DNA of 64,000 bases. Source: Candidatus Paceibacter sp. Its GTDB lineage: Bacteria > Patescibacteriota > Patescibacteriia > S139-126. A program made the translations under genes and the position numbers. How positions within the stretch are numbered: position 1 is the stretch's first letter; every line of letters starts with the position of its first letter. The stretch covers positions 89,438-153,437 of the forward strand of contig DYGA01000001.1 in the NCBI GenBank assembly GCA_020724865.1, given 5' to 3'. Below, in pieces: positions 62,867 to 64,000 of this stretch. The notes below the pieces were generated by a model. That model searched no databases. It saw nothing but the letters and a program-made list of their open reading frames with translations, and had not been told where the DNA came from.

Positions 62867-63187
62867 TTAAAGCGCTTTGTCCAAACGCTCAGCTATTGCT
62901 TCTTTGGGATGAGCCCCTATTAATTGATCAACAACTTGTCCATTTTTAAAAATTAGCAAAGATGGAATACTCATAATGCCATAATTTTGAGAAGTAACAG
63001 GATTTTCATCTACATTTAATTTTCCTACCTTGGCTTTTCCTAAATACTCTTGGGCAATTTGTTCCACGATTGGACCAACGATACGACAAGGACCGCACCA
63101 GGGAGCCCAAAAATCAACTAACACCACTTGGTCACTTTGTAAAACTTCTTTATTAAAATTTTGATCGGTTAATGTTATTTCGGACAT
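62867..63187 (-). CDS. trxA: Thioredoxin
   Basis: [13 protein letters not shown]. Confidence 0.97.
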   Translation of the reverse strand: MSEITLTDQNFNKEVLQSDQVVLVDFWAPWCGPCRIVGPIVEQIAQEYLGKAKVGKLNVDENPVTSQNYGIMSIPSLLIFKNGQVVDQLIGAHPKEAIAERLDKAL

Positions 63188-63194
63188 ATTTTTA

Positions 63195-63458
63195 TTATAA
63201 ATTTTTAAACATTTGATTAATTAATTTTTCTAAATCTTTTTTAGCAAATTTTTTCTTATTTGTATTAAAACAATCATTAGAATAATTTAATAATAACAGT
63301 TTAGCAACAGAACGCAATGCCGAATTGGTAGCAGCTAACTGCTGTAATACTTCAGAAATGTCACGATCCTCATGGATCATTTTTTCTATACCTTGTATTT
63401 GACCAGCAATCTTACGCAAATTACTTAAAATATAATTTTTATCACATTTTTTTTCCAT
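63195..63458 (-). CDS. CsoR/RcnR-family transcriptional repressor (atypical ligand set)
   Basis: [27 protein letters not shown]. Confidence 0.88.
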   Translation of the reverse strand: MEKKCDKNYILSNLRKIAGQIQGIEKMIHEDRDISEVLQQLAATNSALRSVAKLLLLNYSNDCFNTNKKKFAKKDLEKLINQMFKNL

Positions 63459-63484
63459 ATACTATATACTAGTATATAGTATAT
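63457..63484. promoter_or_regulatory. Perfect 28-bp palindromic operator overlapping the -10 and start codon
   Basis: ATATACTATATACT|AGTATATAGTATAT; minus-strand TTGACA-N16-TATACT at 63471-63498. Confidence 0.7.
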
Positions 63485-63494
63485 AAAAAAATTG

Positions 63495-64000
63495 TCAAGT
63501 GTTTTCCTCGGCTTTATCAACCTCGTCTTCTATTTCCCCAACCAAATGTTCTAAAACATCTTCCAACGACACTAAACCAATTATCTCTTGTTGGCTGTTT
63601 CTGGTAACCAAAGCAATATGTTCTTTTAATTTTATCATTTTACGTAAAACAACATCTATTTTTTCGTTGTTATCAAAAAAAGATATTTTTCTAACTAAGT
63701 TTTGCAGGGGCGTTTCACGATTGTCGCTATTTAAAATTTTCATAATGTCATGAACGTGGACATAACCAATAATATTATTTTCATTGTCAATATAAACAGG
63801 AAACCTTGAGTAACCTGACTGAGCTACAAAATATGCTATGCTGTCTACCGGGACCTCACCATTTAAAAAAACAACTTTATATTTAGGGGTCATTACTTCT
63901 TTTACCGAAATATCGTTTAATAAAAAAATTTTTTCAATTAATACGTGCTCTCGGTAATCAATGTGTCCACTTTCTACACCTAATCGAGCTAAAGCCTTTA
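63495..64000 (-). CDS. CNNM/CorC/TlyC-type CBS-domain protein, 3' part (runs off the window end)
   Basis: Frame is open to the window edge (KALARLGVESGHI...VKEVMTP); GYSRFPVY, GLVSLEDVLEHLVGEIEDE. Confidence 0.9.
   Translation of the reverse strand, partial: KALARLGVESGHIDYREHVLIEKIFLLNDISVKEVMTPKYKVVFLNGEVPVDSIAYFVAQSGYSRFPVYIDNENNIIGYVHVHDIMKILNSDNRETPLQNLVRKISFFDNNEKIDVVLRKMIKLKEHIALVTRNSQQEIIGLVSLEDVLEHLVGEIEDEVDKAEENT

Overview
AT-rich bacterial chromosome segment, most consistent with a Patescibacteria (CPR; Parcubacteria/ABY1-like) genome read with code 11. Most of it is housekeeping: recA (partial), ftsK, murI, PMM, an ECF sigma/anti-sigma pair, uvrD/pcrA, pilT, two PilB/GspE ATPases, hup, ymdB, rny, clpP, nrnA, rbfA, infB, rluD, cmk, rplS, EndoQ, pepA, ruvB, queA, ftsH, trmD, khpA, rpsP, smc, rnc, nusB-NUDIX, rpmF, yraN, rnhB, gdh, trxB, trxA and a CsoR-family gene. 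There are eight tRNAs and an unlinked rRNA set: 23S-5S at 28.9-32.2 kb and 16S at 46.9-48.4 kb, each with its own promoter. The most striking unexplained structure is a set of recombinase-less mini integrative cassettes at the 3' CACCA ends of three different tRNA genes (Lys, Arg, Leu). They are bounded by TGGTG cores and conserved arms that encode only a split recombinase-like C-terminal tail. One carries two membrane-protein genes and is stacked on an older empty copy. Other notable items: a SET-domain gene between imperfect inverted repeats, an unannotated 32-aa lysine-rich H1-like microprotein, a probable 6S RNA upstream of rny, two candidate sRNAs sharing a 13-nt motif, tRNA-Ile(UAU) and tRNA-Arg(UCG), a hinge-less SMC, and a CsoR-like/trx/GDH operon with a Cys-rich GDH insert. 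All calls come from reading the sequence by eye; no searches were run.
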